Shown: positions 13,194-26,180 of the stretch, one piece after another
Numbering within the stretch: the stretch's first letter is position 1
Layout: the number at the start of each line of letters is the position of its first letter
NCBI RefSeq assembly: GCF_009914755.1
Contig: NC_060928.1
Strand: one strand, 5' to 3'
Length of the DNA: 64,000 nucleotides
Source: the human T2T-CHM13v2.0 reference genome, Homo sapiens
Notes under the pieces: model-generated
The model's input: the letters and a program-made list of their open reading frames with translations, nothing else
Told to the model about the DNA's origin: nothing
The model's database searches: none
Program-made: the position numbers and the translations under genes

Positions 13194-13974
13194 GTGTTTA
13201 AGAATAGGTAGGCACTGTCCAGGTAGTAAGGGAAGGAAAGAAACCCCAGACAATAGAGATAGCACATGCAATGGCACAGAATAGTGAGCATACATGTCCT
13301 CTTTGGGAAATTACAATATTTTGATATGGCCAAGGAGGATCTGGCAAAAGAGAAGGCTAACAGAATGGTGGAGGCCTAGATCACTGACAGCCTTCTCAGA
13401 CAAACTTGGACTTTGTACTTTATCATGAAGTTAACAGAAAGCTACTGAGGCATATTGTGATCAGACTGATGGATTGGAAAAGTAACTGGGCAGTAGGGTG
13501 CATTGAGGGGAGGTCGTGAGACATAAGGCAGATGGATGGGATAGGAGTCAGCTGTAGTAATCCAAGCAGAAATGTTGGTGGCTTGAAACAAGGCTATAAT
13601 CATTGAGGATTGACTGAGAGGTCCAGAGCTGTTGTAGTGCTAGACTTGATAGGATCTGGTAACCAGCTGACTGTGGAGATGAGGCAGACTAGAGTGGCAT
13701 CCAGCAACTAAACTGGTGCCATTTACTGTGTCAGGAAGAGAAAGGGCAGGTTTTCTGATGCGTGTGAGGTTGGGATTGGGGAACACAGAGGGAAAAGCCT
13801 GTGGTGCGTGCAAATGAATCCATCTAGGAGGCTGTAGGGATCACACGTCTGTGGCTCAACAGAGATATTAGACAAGAAATATAACTTGTTGGCCATCAGC
13901 ACATTTTTTTTTGGTAGCTGAAAACATGCATATGGATGTGGTAATTAGGAGGAGAGGTCAAATACAAAAGTAGG

Positions 13975-14175
13975 TGTAAATCAGATTTCTGGATTAAATC
14001 CCGGCTCTACCACTTATGTACTGTATAACTCTTGAAAAGTTCCCTCACTTCTTCAAGCCTTGGTTTCCTTATTTGTATTATAGGAATATTCATAATAGCT
14101 ATCTTATGAAGCATGTGAAGTCCTTAGTCAAGTGACACACTGTAAATACCAATCAATATTGGCTAGTATTATTGA
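13975..14175 (+). mobile_element. MIR SINE
   Basis: AAATCCCGGCTCTACCACTTA...AGCCTTGGTTTCCTTATTTGTA...TCAATATTGGCTAGTATTATT. Confidence 0.8.
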
Positions 14176-15403
14176 TATAAAATTGAGAGTTTAAGGCAGG
14201 AGCTAAAAAGAAGACTGCAGACGAGGGATATCTGTGATTTCAGAGAGGAGCAGAGTAAGTGGAACAGCCAGAGGGTTGAGGGTAAGCCACGAGAAAGAGG
14301 CAGCTTAGAAATGTGAAAAAGAATGTATTTCAGAAGTGAATGGCCAACATTGTTAAGTGCTATTCTGAGCCCAAGAAACAGTAGGTTTGGCTAACTGTAT
14401 AATACTTTTCAAGAATAAACACACTGGAGTGTGGAAACAAAAGGCAGACCCTAGTGGTTTTAAAGGTAAATAGAAGATGAGATGGTGGAAGCATGGAGTG
14501 CAAACTCCTGCTTTAATACATTTAGCTATAAAAAGGAAGAAAGTCTTAGTATCTAGAGGACTTTTTGGAGAAGAAAGAGGGCTTTTTAAAGATAAGAGGA
14601 AACTGGCATGCTCATAAACTGAAGGAAAACAGAAAAATATGCAGGATGCTGAGACCCAGGTTAAAACTCGATGCTGATCTCTTCTTCTTATGCACTGTAG
14701 AGTGTGTTTAGTACTGAGGCCCAAGGTCATGGGAGAAAAGAGGTAGAGAATTAACTTTAGCTAATTACCAGGCATTATGCAAGATTATTTCCATTCGATC
14801 ATTTATTGAATCATCATGGAGACCTGGCAAGAAAGCTGTCCATTAATAATTCATATTTCCCACCCCAAGAAACTAAGACTCAAGAGTATAGGCAATCCAT
14901 CCAAGGTCACAAATTAAAGTTGGGCTTTGACCAAGCTTTGTCACTTTCAAAGCTTGTATTGTGTCTCTTGAGCATGCAGTGGGATTATTTAAACAGCAGA
15001 TTTTGGAGTGTGCATATTTATGATGATGGATGGTTGTAGCAGACAGTATCAGCACTCTGCCCACACCCTCCTTGGGTCCCTTCGTCATTTTCCTGCACAC
15101 TGGATCTCATTGTTTCTTTCCCTACACCTGCTCCTCTTAGTTGGAAGGCTGCCCTCAGGCAGCAGGAGGCTTTCCTGTGTATGGGGAGAGTAAGAATACC
15201 TAGAAAATTAGGTTCTCTATAGCTACTCCACCTCCTAGCCCTTAAGCAATGCTTGATGGATGCCATGGTGTAATACCCAGTTCTCTGGTCCCTGCTATAC
15301 AAACTCTGAGGTGTGACTCACACTGTCACCAGATTTCCTCCAAGGAATTGAGCTAGTTACTCTCCGTGGCACTTTGCTTGATATCACATCTTCACCTGGC
15401 CTC

Positions 15404-15972
15404 TGCATTAGTTTCCTATTTGTGCTGTAACCAATACTCATAATTTGAGTGACTTAAAACAGAAGAAATGTATTATTTTCTATTTTATAGTTCTGCATGT
15501 CAGGCATCCCGTATGGTCTCACTGGTGCTTCATTTTGTAGGCTCTAGAGGAGAATCATTTTCCTTGTTCATTTCCTTGGGTGCTGGTTGAATTCCATTCT
15601 CTGTGGCTGAGGTCCTCTTTTCTTGTTGGTGGTCAGCTGGGACTCACCCTTAGCTCCTAGAGGCCTCTGTTCCTTGCGCATTACCTCCAACATCTAAGAG
15701 ACATCACAGAGAATCACATCCTTCTCGTGCTGCCTTCTCCGTGACCTACACTTCTGCTTCCCCTTTCACATTTATAGACTCTTGTGACAAGATTGGGCCT
15801 ATCCATAGAATCCAGGGTGATCTCTCTATTTTATGGTCTGCTTATTGGCAACTGTAATTTCATCTGCAACTTTTAATTCCCTTTTGCCATATAAGGCAAT
15901 GTATTCATAGGTCCTGGCTATTAGGAGGTGGACATCTGGGAAAAAGGCAGGGGCATAATTCTGTCTACCATA
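15404..15972 (-). mobile_element. MLT1D-like MaLR solo LTR
   Basis: TGCATTAGTTTCCTATT...GCTCTAGAGGAGAATC...GATTGGGCCTATCC...CATAATTCTGTCTACCATA. Confidence 0.85.
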
Positions 15973-15992
15973 ACTTCCTCTCCTTGTGGTCC

Positions 15993-17773
15993 TGATGGCA
16001 GTGGTGGGCTGTCTGGAGCAGCTGCTGCCATCATGCCAGCTGCAGCAGAAAGGCACAGCCAAGGCTACATGCTCCATGGGGCCAGTGGGAGCCAGGGACA
16101 AGCAGGAGCCCTGCCCCTTCCAAACTGGGGCTGGAGCTCCCTGGGTGCCACTGCAGCCATCCAAGCCATGGCTGCAGACCTGGGTATCCCTGTGCTCTTG
16201 GGGCCAGGGAGCAGGTAGGAGCCCCACCCTCCTGGGTTCAGCTGCAGCTGCCAAAGTTGCAGCTGCAGACCCAGGCCTCCCTGTGCTCTTGGCAGGGCTG
16301 GGAGCAGACAGGACCTCCCCCTACCCAACACCCAGGCACAGCTGCAGCTACCCAAACCACGGCTGTGGACCCAGGCCTCCCTGCACTCTTGGAGGCCCAA
16401 GAAGGTCCCCCCTGCCCTTGCAGGCTTGGAAGTGCCTGTTCCCACTGCCTGCCTTCTCTCTGCTGTTGGCACCTGCTCCCATTTAGGAGAAAAGTTGGGG
16501 TTGAGCCCGGTTACTGTCACAGCCTGGCTAGGTGTGCACACGGTTGGGGCAGTGATGACACACCAGCCCCTGTCTGCCTCGGCCCCCTTTGGACTTTGGG
16601 CACCGATGATCATAGGAGGGAAGCTGATGGGGGGCTGAGGGAAGCTCAGCACTAGCCTGCAGGTGCCCCTGGGCACCTACAGCCTGGGCACCATGAAAAG
16701 CAGCAGAAGGTAGACAGGTTCCTGGGCAGAAGGGGGCAAGGCCCAGTGAGGCTCCACCTTCAGGCCAGGGTGGGCCTAAAGGCTGGGTGCCAGGCTGCCA
16801 GTCCCATGGACAGGACTGGGAACTTGTGGTGCCTTTTCCGGGCCCACTCATGGCGGCCCATGGACCAATTGGTGCGTACTTCCTCCCCACTGAGTCCCAT
16901 AAAAGCCCTGGGCTCAGTCAGAGCTGAGCAGATGTCAGGACAACCAGCTGCAGAGAGGAGCAACCCACTCCAGGGCCTCCTCTCTGCTGAGAACTGGGGG
17001 CACAATGAGAGGACCTGCCTGCAGAGAGGAGCTACCCACTCCAGGGTCTCCTCTCTGCTAGGAGCTGGACACTTATCGGGACACCCTGGCTGTGGAAAGA
17101 AGCTACCCACTGCGAGTTTCCTCTGAGCTATTCTGTTGCTCAATAAACTCCTTGTCATCTTGCTCACCCTCCACTTGTCTGCATACCTCATTCTTCCTGG
17201 TCACAGGACAAGAACTCAGGACCCGTCGAATGGCAGGGGTAAAAAAGCCATAACACAAATAGACCTGAAACATTCCCTTTGCTTGCCACATTGCGGACAC
17301 AGAGAAGGAGAGAAGAGCTGCAGCCCTTTGGGGACCCCAGACCTGGGAGCTCCTCAAGCCAGGGCTGTGACTCCCTGTTTGGGTGCCTGTAGTTCCTGGC
17401 ACCTCCAGGCTTCAGGGTCCTACCTCATTCCCTGGTGCCAGCCACGGAAGCTGCTTGCAGTGCTCCTGGTCCAGCTGCAGCCTCTCAGAGAGCTGGCACC
17501 CATGATGGCACCTGGAGCAACCCACCTGCTGCAGCAGCCGGCCTGTCTGACTGTGCAGTGGCCAGACCCCATGCTTGTTCACACACCCCTCGTCACTCCA
17601 TTCCTGACTCACTCTTGGCAGGTGTAAGATATAGGCCAGGAGCATGAGCTGAGCATAGCTTGCCAGGCTGAGCGGGCAGAACCAGCCTGGTGGGCCCAAG
17701 CAAAACTTGAGCAAAGACACCACTGGCCACAGAGGTTTTCAGCCAAAATTTACACCCCAAGGATCCTGTAACA
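15993..17773 (+). mobile_element. MER52-like ERV1 solo LTR (~1.78 kb, GC-rich)
   Basis: TGATGGCAGTGGTGGGC...internal GCTGCAG repeat units...AATAAA at ~17142...CCCCAAGGATCCTGTAACA; flanks GGTCC/GTTCC. Confidence 0.9.
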
Positions 17774-19759
17774 GTTCCACTTCTCTACTCCCTCTACTGG
17801 TTTTTTTTTTTTTTTTCTGGAAACATTTTCTAATAAACCACTTTTACAATCATCTTTTCCTCAGGGTCTGGTTTTAGAGAATTCAGCCTAAGACAAAGAT
17901 GAATACACTGAATTCAAAAATTGTTTTGGTTAGTGAATTGGGAATGGCAAGTGGGGTGCTTAGGCCAGCACTTCGAGTACAGGCAGATCACAACTACTAC
18001 TGTGCCTGTGTACCTCCTTGCTGGACTCATTGGCCTCTGGCAGCTACACAGGAAGAATAGGAGAGACCTTGCTAATGAGATTCTTTCCACTCACCTGAAA
18101 TCCTCTGCACCTCAGCAGCGTGGCACCCTCAGCAGCCTTGCCTACCAGCGTGTCTCTGTGCACAGCATTTATAAATACAAGCATGTGATTCTGAGCAACT
18201 GTCAAAGGCGGCTGCTCATTAGTTAGCACAGATTCCAGCCAAGACTGGCCCAGCCCTGATGCTATGTGGCGAGGCATAGAAAATGAACATGCTACCCAGT
18301 TCAGGGTCAATATGCAAAACAGGAAAGGGAAAAAATGGAAGCTTGACAGCCTGTCACAATGATTATTAGCTGTCTCCCAGAGTCCTGAGGGCTCCCATCA
18401 CCATGCACACATTTGGCCAGTCAGAGTTCCATAACAACTCTTTCTCTCACACTTCCCTTGCGGTGTGCATCACTTGGATCTGTTTCATCATGCACCAAAT
18501 TCCTTGTTCTCTAGGTACACAGATGCTCCAGTTATACCCACTGCAGCGGGGTCCCTCGTGATGCAGGTACATATATTTAAACCTAGGACATTTTCTGATG
18601 TGTTAGCCAGGTGGAACGTAGTCTCTGCCAGATGATAAAACAGGGAGGGAGTTCAAACAGAGCATGCCCCGCTGAGCAGAGTTTACATCTGGTACTTGAA
18701 AATACCACTTCAGAAATCATTAGTTGGAAGGCCGTGACTGAAGGAGGTCTCTTTGTTAATGGTTGTAATATATAACTCACACTTACTTTTCCTTTGCCTT
18801 CATTCCCTTTCTTTCACCAAACCTGAAGGTCCAATTTATACTTCCACTTCTCTTTACAACATAATCGGTACTCCCTGAAACGTACACCTACATTGCAGAC
18901 TCCACATGACAGCTACGTTCATAATGCCACCCATGAAAAGGCTTTTATGATCTGATTTTTATACTTCTCAACATTTTTTACCACTACTTTCAAAATATAC
19001 ATTCTTAATATCCCAATAAAGGGGAGCAGATTAAAAAGAGAAAAACCGTAAAATAATTCAGTGAAGACCTAATAAAAGATGCAATCAATCAAGTGAATGA
19101 CAGTAGCAGTTTCTTTTAACATCAAGTCTAATGGTTTCTTTTTCTAGTACAAAAGTGCTCCATTAACAGTGTGAGTCTTTTATTTAGGTAATTCACACGA
19201 GTGGTTGCCAGATGTAGTTTATTTTCAGGAGGGCACACTTATAGAAGCAGCACACTGAGCTGGAGACAGAGTTATCGCCATCTAACGTACTCTCTAATGA
19301 CCTTTCAGAGTGAAAATAGCAGTGAAATCCTAAAACCAAAACCCTCAAAATCGGATCCAAGGAGCACTTCACATTTACAATGATGGTTGGAGTCAGGGCC
19401 GGTCCATGGAGGACTGTGGAGTGCCTCTGCCCCACTATCGCTCCTCAATGCAGGGCCTTGCTTTGCCAGGGCCTCCCCTGCACTGCTGCAACTGCCTGCT
19501 CTATTGACCAGGCCTGCCTGAGACTTCATATCTGTGCTGACTCCCTTGCTTCAATCAAATCTCACCTGTTTTGAGCCCTTTTTCCCTCAAATGCTTCTTT
19601 TCTACTAGGCACTTCAATCAATTCATTTTCACTAAGGTATTCACTGTGTAAAATGATTGATACATTTCTACTCTGAGGACCCATTAAGTAATGGACACTT
19701 TCTGAAGATGATGTCTTTGACCCACTGAAATGGCTACAATGATGTCAAGTAGAGAGGAA

Positions 19760-21210
19760 AGTAAATGGGCTTGTTCTCAAAGATGCTTGGATTGAAATCT
19801 GGACTTGTCATGCATTAGCTAGTGCCTTTGGATACACTCTTTCCTAAGACACTATCTTGATGTCCTATCTTGATGAAAGTGTCGGTGAGGCACCTAAATT
19901 ATATTCCTTCATTCAAAAGTATATATGGAATATCTAATATTTTGAATGACTAAATGAGAAGAGGTAGATTAAAATACCGAATGCAATGTCTGCCTAAAAG
20001 TAATTTTCCTAAAAAATTATTAAAAAGATAGTAAAAATTTTTAGGAAGATAATTTTGAGTATGTATAACTTTTGTTCTCTTTCAATTCATAATGTGTTTA
20101 TATTTATATCATCATCTAGGTGCTTACTCTATTGACTAAGGTAGGGCTGTCTTTGGGGGACATGTAACCAAAGTGCTTCAGAAGATTTGGAGAACGTGGA
20201 GATCCAATTCTAGTGAAACGCGATAGACAGTCCTGTTCCAGGCAAAGTCCATCCAGTGTTGAGAAGATAGGCAAATAGATGTCTTAAATTAAAGATAATT
20301 TCTTGTGACTGGATAAATAAATGGCTTCTTAGGTTAATAGTCTAGAGGATACAAAGATTTAGGGGCAGAAACTCTGTCCTAAGAGTAAGGTATCTAGGGT
20401 TTAGGATTTGGGTATACTATTTAATAGTTACATGCCTTGTGCTATAGGCATTTAAACTTTTCATGCCTTAGTTTCTTTTCTTTTATAAGGTGTTTGAATG
20501 TAGCACATTTTCTCTAGGATTGTTTCCAGGTTAAGAATTCTTGCAAACTGTGCTCTCGTAACATCTCATTGCAGGAGCTGCCATTGTAGAGGCTTTATTT
20601 GGGTCAAGGCTTGATAAAATCCTTGTGAGCACTTCAGCTTCCTTCCACGTTTTTTTAGTTAACTTTTCTCCCTTTTCCTCTTCTCTCACCTTCTGTCACT
20701 CTATTAAATCTCTCATTGGACAGGTCAGGCTGTGAATAGAATTTACTTAATAAAGGGCTTGCTAGAGAAGGACATCCCTTAAGAATTCAATAAACTATTT
20801 TATTAATATAATGACAAAGAGAAGAATAATTCAGACAAATAAATAGGATGCTTATTGAGAATGAGTAAAGAAAGGCTTCTAAAACAATGAGCAATTCTTG
20901 GGTAAGGACAAAATGTCACTGTGCTGAAGGTAAGCAGAAGGAAGAAAAGCAGATCAAAGCTATGTGGCTTGTTCAATAGAGCATAGAAGAGTAAAGGCTA
21001 ATGTTTACTGAGTTTTCACCTCATAGGTACTGGGTTAAATGCTTTAGTAAAGCCTTAACAAGAAGATACTTTTAATAACCTGACAAAGATAGGAAACTAA
21101 GGACCAGAGAAAATAATTTTACTACCCCAGATTACACCATTAGAAAGTGGCATAGTCAACATATGGATTCAAGCCACTTGGCTCCAAACCCAAGGCTATT
21201 TCTCACTACT
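19760..21210. mobile_element. Three degraded MIR fragments (~19760-20000 +, ~20370-20560 +, ~21000-21210 -)
   Basis: Decayed MIR cores, e.g. GGATTGAAATCTGGACTTGTCA, TGCCTTAGTTTCTTTTC, GATAGGAAACTAAGGACCAGAGA. Confidence 0.55.
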
Positions 21211-21535
21211 ATTTTCTATAGATTTTTCAGATCTGAAAATATGGGTTTGTGCAGAAATGAGGTGCAACCTCACATGGTGGTCCCTTGAATATGACAGATT
21301 CTGAGAAAATCAAAAAGAAGCTGAGTTAGATTAGAAAGAACATTTTTTTCTATTATTATGCATATCTTTTTTTTAAATGGGAGGTTGTTTTATTGGCTGT
21401 TTGGATAAGAGTAATGGGAACCATTTCACCTTAGCATTCATAATAAGGAACACCTTAGCATTCATAGGTTTTCTGAAGTTAGGCAGTTGGGGATAGCATG
21501 GAAAAATGTAAGGTGAAAAGCATTTTAGAGTGAAA

Positions 21536-21572
21536 AGAGAGAGAGAGAAAGAGAGAGAGAGTGTGTGTGTGT
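21536..21572. repeat. Compound (GA)n(GT)n microsatellite
   Basis: Direct reading. Confidence 0.95.
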
Positions 21573-23161
21573 ATACTTGTTGAAGCACTATTTGGATGAC
21601 TCACTGAGAAGATAGGTTAATGCAGTCCCTGAATTTTTTAGTTCTTTAAAGAATAATCTACTCTCTTGCCTCATGCCAGACTAAAAGAGCTTCCCAAACA
21701 GACACATAAAAAATAAAATAAGGTATACCAAACTGTGTTGTCCTTGAATCTCTCTTCATACACTTGTTTAAAATAAATATACTTGAATAGAATAACCCAC
21801 CTATCTGTGGCACCCAGTGGCTTAGAGCTATATATAATGCATATTAATAAACAAGGAGAATGTGGCTTCTGCCACACTCATTTTGTTTTCATCCTCCTGA
21901 CGGTGTTCTTGCTGTCAGAGGTGTCTTCTCAGATAATAAAAGGCAATACAAGACATACACACTCATTCCTTCCTCCCCTCAATCCTCTGTCCTGTCATCT
22001 CTGAGCAACAGAACCTTCCATTAGTGTTCATTTTAATAAGCCAATTTCATTAGGTTTGTAAGTGACAACTTTTAAATGAGTGGGGATCCATGCCAGTTTT
22101 TCAAAGGGGGGCATCTACATGTTACTCTCTCACAATTAAGTTTTAATTAGCAAGGTCATTGCTAATTTTAAGAGAATGCAGCAGGACACTTTCTCCCTCC
22201 CTGCCTCCATATTTTGGTAATTTCTGGTTGATAATGGAATGATATCTTTTATCAGGATGCTTCTAGGTGATGTCAATAATGTCAACAAGGCGATAAGCCA
22301 GAGCTAATCCCTTCAGTACTTATACATAGATTTTCTCTTTCATTATAATTCTGCCTTGTGTGTATGTCCTGCTTTTGTGACTCAATGGATACAGATAAAG
22401 AAGGTTTTATAAAGCTATTTTTAATTCATTTTTGCTCACTCCAGTTAGAATAATTTAGAATTATTCAGAAAGAAAAAATAAAGCTTGATACTAAGTTTGG
22501 GAAAAAGTTGCAGGGGAAAAAACCCGAGATGGTTCTAATGGAGAAAGGCCATTTACAACTGGGGACTCGATAAGAGGGTAAGTCAAATCATGGCTGTTTG
22601 CTGGCGCATTGCTGCCCACCTAAGTTCTTTCTGTAGATTCAAGGGTGGTGGATGGGAGTGCTGCAGTTTGTTTCTGTCCTCTACAGTCTCTGTAGCATTT
22701 TGGCCTCCCAGCTGCTTCAGAAGCATCTGACCATCAATTTGATTGCACCACACATGCTATTGTTGGTGCACTCTGTAAATCTCTTTGTTTACAGCCCCCA
22801 CATCATGTGTAGAAGGTGAAGTAGATGCTTAGACTGAGCTATGGAGATGGTGTCTATCGATTACAACCCTCTTTCAAAAGCTCAGGTACAACTACTTAGG
22901 GCAGGCCAGTTGCTGCTCTAACAAATAGAGTAAAACTCTAAAAAGTTCAAAACAAGTTTATTTTCCCTCAAATAACAGTTCAGGAAAGTGTTCTCAGTAG
23001 TATTCTTCTTTCAGAATCATCCCATAACACCAAGTTCAATGTATAATTCTGAGCTATGAAAGATAAATATATGTATATGTGTGTGTATATGTGTGTGTGG
23101 TTATATATATATATATATATAAATGTAATCCCTCTTCCAGTCTAATGCCATGTATACCTTC

Positions 23162-24617
23162 TTTTTTTAAAGTTTTGAGTTGTTCTTAATTGATGCATAA
23201 TAATTGCACATATTTATGGGGTACAGTGTGATGTTTGATCCATGTATACATTATGTAATAATCAAAGTTTGGTCATTAGCATATCCATTACTATCGGGGG
23301 AACCTGCCCCCAGTATTTCAACATAGGTTCTTCCTATTTTCCATAAGGGTTGGCTGGCTGAGAAATAAACAGAAAGAATACAAAGAGAGGAATTTTACAG
23401 CTGGGCCTCCAGGGGTGACATCACATATCAGTAGGACCGTGATGCCCACCTGAGCCTTAAAGCCAGCAAGTTTTATTAAGGATTTCAAAAGGGGAGGGGG
23501 TGTACGAACAGGGAGTAGGTCACAAAGATCACATGCTTCAAAGGGCAAAAGGCAGAACAAAGATCACATGTTTTTGAGGAAACAGGACAAGAGCAAGATC
23601 AGAAGTACTGTTAAGGGTCTGTGTTCAGCTGTGCACGTATTTTCTTGATAAACATCTTAAACAAAAGAAAACAGGGTTCGAGAACAGAGAAGCGGTCTGA
23701 CCACAAATTTACCAGGGTGGAGTTTCCCAATCCTAGTAAGCCTGAGGGAACTGCAGGAGAACAGGGTGTATTTCAGTCCTTATCTCAACCACATAAGACA
23801 GACACTCCCAGAGTGGCTGTTTATAGACCTCTCCCTAGGAATGCATTCCTTCCCCAGGGTATTAATTATTAATATTCCTTGCTAGGAAAAGAATTTAGCA
23901 ATATCTTCCCTACTTGCATGTCTGTTTATAGGCTCTCTGCAAGAAGAAAAATATGGCTCTATTTTCCTGACCCTGCAGGCAGTCAGATCTTTTGGTTGTC
24001 TTCCCTTGTTCCCTGAAAATTGCTGTTATTCTGTTCTTTTTCAAGGTGCACTGATTTCATATTGTTCAAACACACGTTTTACAATCAATTTGTACAGTTA
24101 ACATAATTGTCACAGTGGTCCTGAGGTGATGTACATTCTTAGTTTATGAAGATAACAGGATTAAGAGATTAAAATAAGGCATAAGAAATTATAAGAGTAT
24201 TATTTGGGAAGTGACAAATGTCTATGAAATCTTCACAATTTATGTTCAGAGATTGAAGTAAAGACACGGGTAAGAAATTATAAAAGTATTATTTGGGAAT
24301 TGATAAATGTCCACATTAAAATGAAATCTTCACAATGTATGTTCCTCTGCCGCGGCTCCAGCCTGTCCCTCCGTTTGGGGTCCCTGACTTCCTGCAACAC
24401 ATTACCTCAAACACTTGTCATTTCCTTAAGATAAGAGCATTTGAATTTTCTCTTTTAGCTATTTTGAAATATATAATGCATTTTTGTTAGCCATAGTCAC
24501 CCTACTGTGGAATAGAACACCAGAGCTGATTCCTTCTGTCTAACTGCAGCTTGTACTTGCTGATTAACCTCCATAGAAGTAGAAAGTAGAATAGTTACCA
24601 GAGGCTGGGAGGAGAGG
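23162..24617 (-). mobile_element. L1MA-like 3' end with short inverted 5' segment, interrupted by MER11
   Basis: AATAATTGCACATATTTATGGGGTACAGTGTGATG...TTTTAGCTATTTTGAAATATA...; 24572-24617 (CATAGAAGTAGAAAGTAGAATAGTTACCAGAGGCTGGGA) is in the opposite orientation. Confidence 0.85.
23292..24399 (-). mobile_element. MER11 (HERV-K11/HML-8) solo LTR, MER11A-like
   Basis: Minus strand begins TGTTGCAGGAAGTCAGGGACCCC; perfect 6-bp TSD CATTAC (23286-23291 / 24400-24405), the length typical of ERVK. Confidence 0.93.
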
Positions 24618-25947
24618 TTAGATATATCCTCTGTTTGTAAAATTCCCAAAACACTTTGATGTGAGATGTTTATAGGAGATTTGAAGTTAATTGCTGTGTT
24701 GTCTCTTTAAAAATATTGAAGCCTGGTTTGGGCTTGTAGCCCATTATTGTGATTATCTGTGTAACAACAGTTGAAGGAGGTGTAGTCTGATACTGAGTTC
24801 TCAGAAATGGGAACTAGAATTGGAAAAGACTTCATAGATCTAGTTCTAGGGGAACTGACAATGAATTGAATGTAACTAGAAAACATATTTGTGGCTGCAA
24901 ATTAAAGGATCCTTCTCATATGAGACTGGGGTAAATTTTTGATTGGTCTTTAATTCCTACTTTCTTGCTTGAAGTTTAAACACTGTTACTAAGGTAATTT
25001 TTTTTAAGTGAAAAAGCATGTGTGTGTTGGGATTCAGCTGGATATGTGATGTTCACCTCAGTGTCACAACAATGCCAGCTGCCAAAGAGATTTTGTCAAT
25101 GAAATTATTTTTTATCAAGGTCTCAATTTTCTGGGATCTGATGTGGCTCCTTCTGGCTGTGTAACGTAGAGGGAGTAGGAAGACGATTATACAGTCAGAA
25201 AAGAGAGCAGCATAGAATTTCAACTCAATACAAACAATTTGTACATTGATGTGTCATCAGGTTTTCACTGTAAACTCTCAACTTAAGCCCCACTAAAATC
25301 TGCCTTGTATTATTTGGACCTTCTTATGGTTAATTAATATGCTTTCCATACCTATATTGTTGAAATACCAAATGCATATTCATAAGTAATGCTAGCAACT
25401 TTTTGTCTTTCATAGCTGCCAATATTCTTTCGTATGTTAGGAGGCCACATCTTGTTATTCTTTAGGAAGGCTATAATTTTTCCAAAGAGGGGCTGAATGT
25501 TATTGCAGAACCTGACTTAAAACTTTGACAGGAAAAATGTGTGGAAAGCAGAAAGCAAAAACATTGCATCTCCTACCCTGGGCTTTCACACAGCTCCCAC
25601 AGAGCTACTGAACTCTTCCTGAAACTGATCGATTTTATCTGTAAAATAGGTGAAAAATTTATCCCAGCAAGATAAACTCCGAAGTGTTCCTAAGTTAAAA
25701 AAGCAACAAAAAGATATAAGTAGAGCTTTCATTTGAAGTAACAGAAACACATGAGATAGAATCCAGTCACAAAACTGGAAATGTACTTACACTTCTAATG
25801 CGGGTTAAATGCCAATGTCAGAACTGTCGAGAAGGCAGTTAATATTGTCATCTATATAAAGAGTGTTTATGTTTACAAGGCAGTCTGGCAAGCCAAATCT
25901 TTTCCTCCTATATCCCTATTAATACTCAAGATCTCTGTAGTAGTGGG

Positions 25948-26180
25948 TCATTCAATTCAACAAATATTTATTGAACAACTATTATGAGAAAATTAGTATA
26001 TAAGATTCCCCAGGATTTAGAAAACATAAGCAAGACATAAATCATAGTATCGAAGAATTATAAACTTGACAAGAATAAGACAGGTAAGCAAATAAGGTAA
26101 CAGGGCAGAATATAATATGTCATTAGACTCTATACAATCATATACTTATGGACATTGAAAGGGATCAGTGAAAATATTTT
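25948..26180 (-). mobile_element. L2 3' fragment
   Basis: TCATTCAATTCAACAAATATTTATTGAACAACTATTATG. Confidence 0.7.

Larger units (their letters stand above)
12558..14650 (-). mobile_element. L2 LINE (3' portion), interrupted by THE1 and MIR
   Basis: ATTCAACAGATATTTAGTG...TGTGCTAGGTGCTG...CCCTGCTCTCCAGGAGCTCATAGTCTAG is the antisense L2 3' end; purine-rich L2 body continues to ~14650. Confidence 0.75.
15035..17895 (+). mobile_element. LTR16-like ERVL LTR hosting two nested LTRs
   Basis: Starts TGTAGCAGAC (15035); resumes after 17773 with AATAAACCACTT...CTCAGGGTCTGG...CCTAAGACA. Confidence 0.65.

Noticed and set aside
15826-17723. Cluster of long overlapping ORFs (up to 203 aa)
   Set aside because: They lie almost entirely in the GC-rich MER52 LTR, on both strands and in several frames, with no recognisable domain; expected from low stop-codon density
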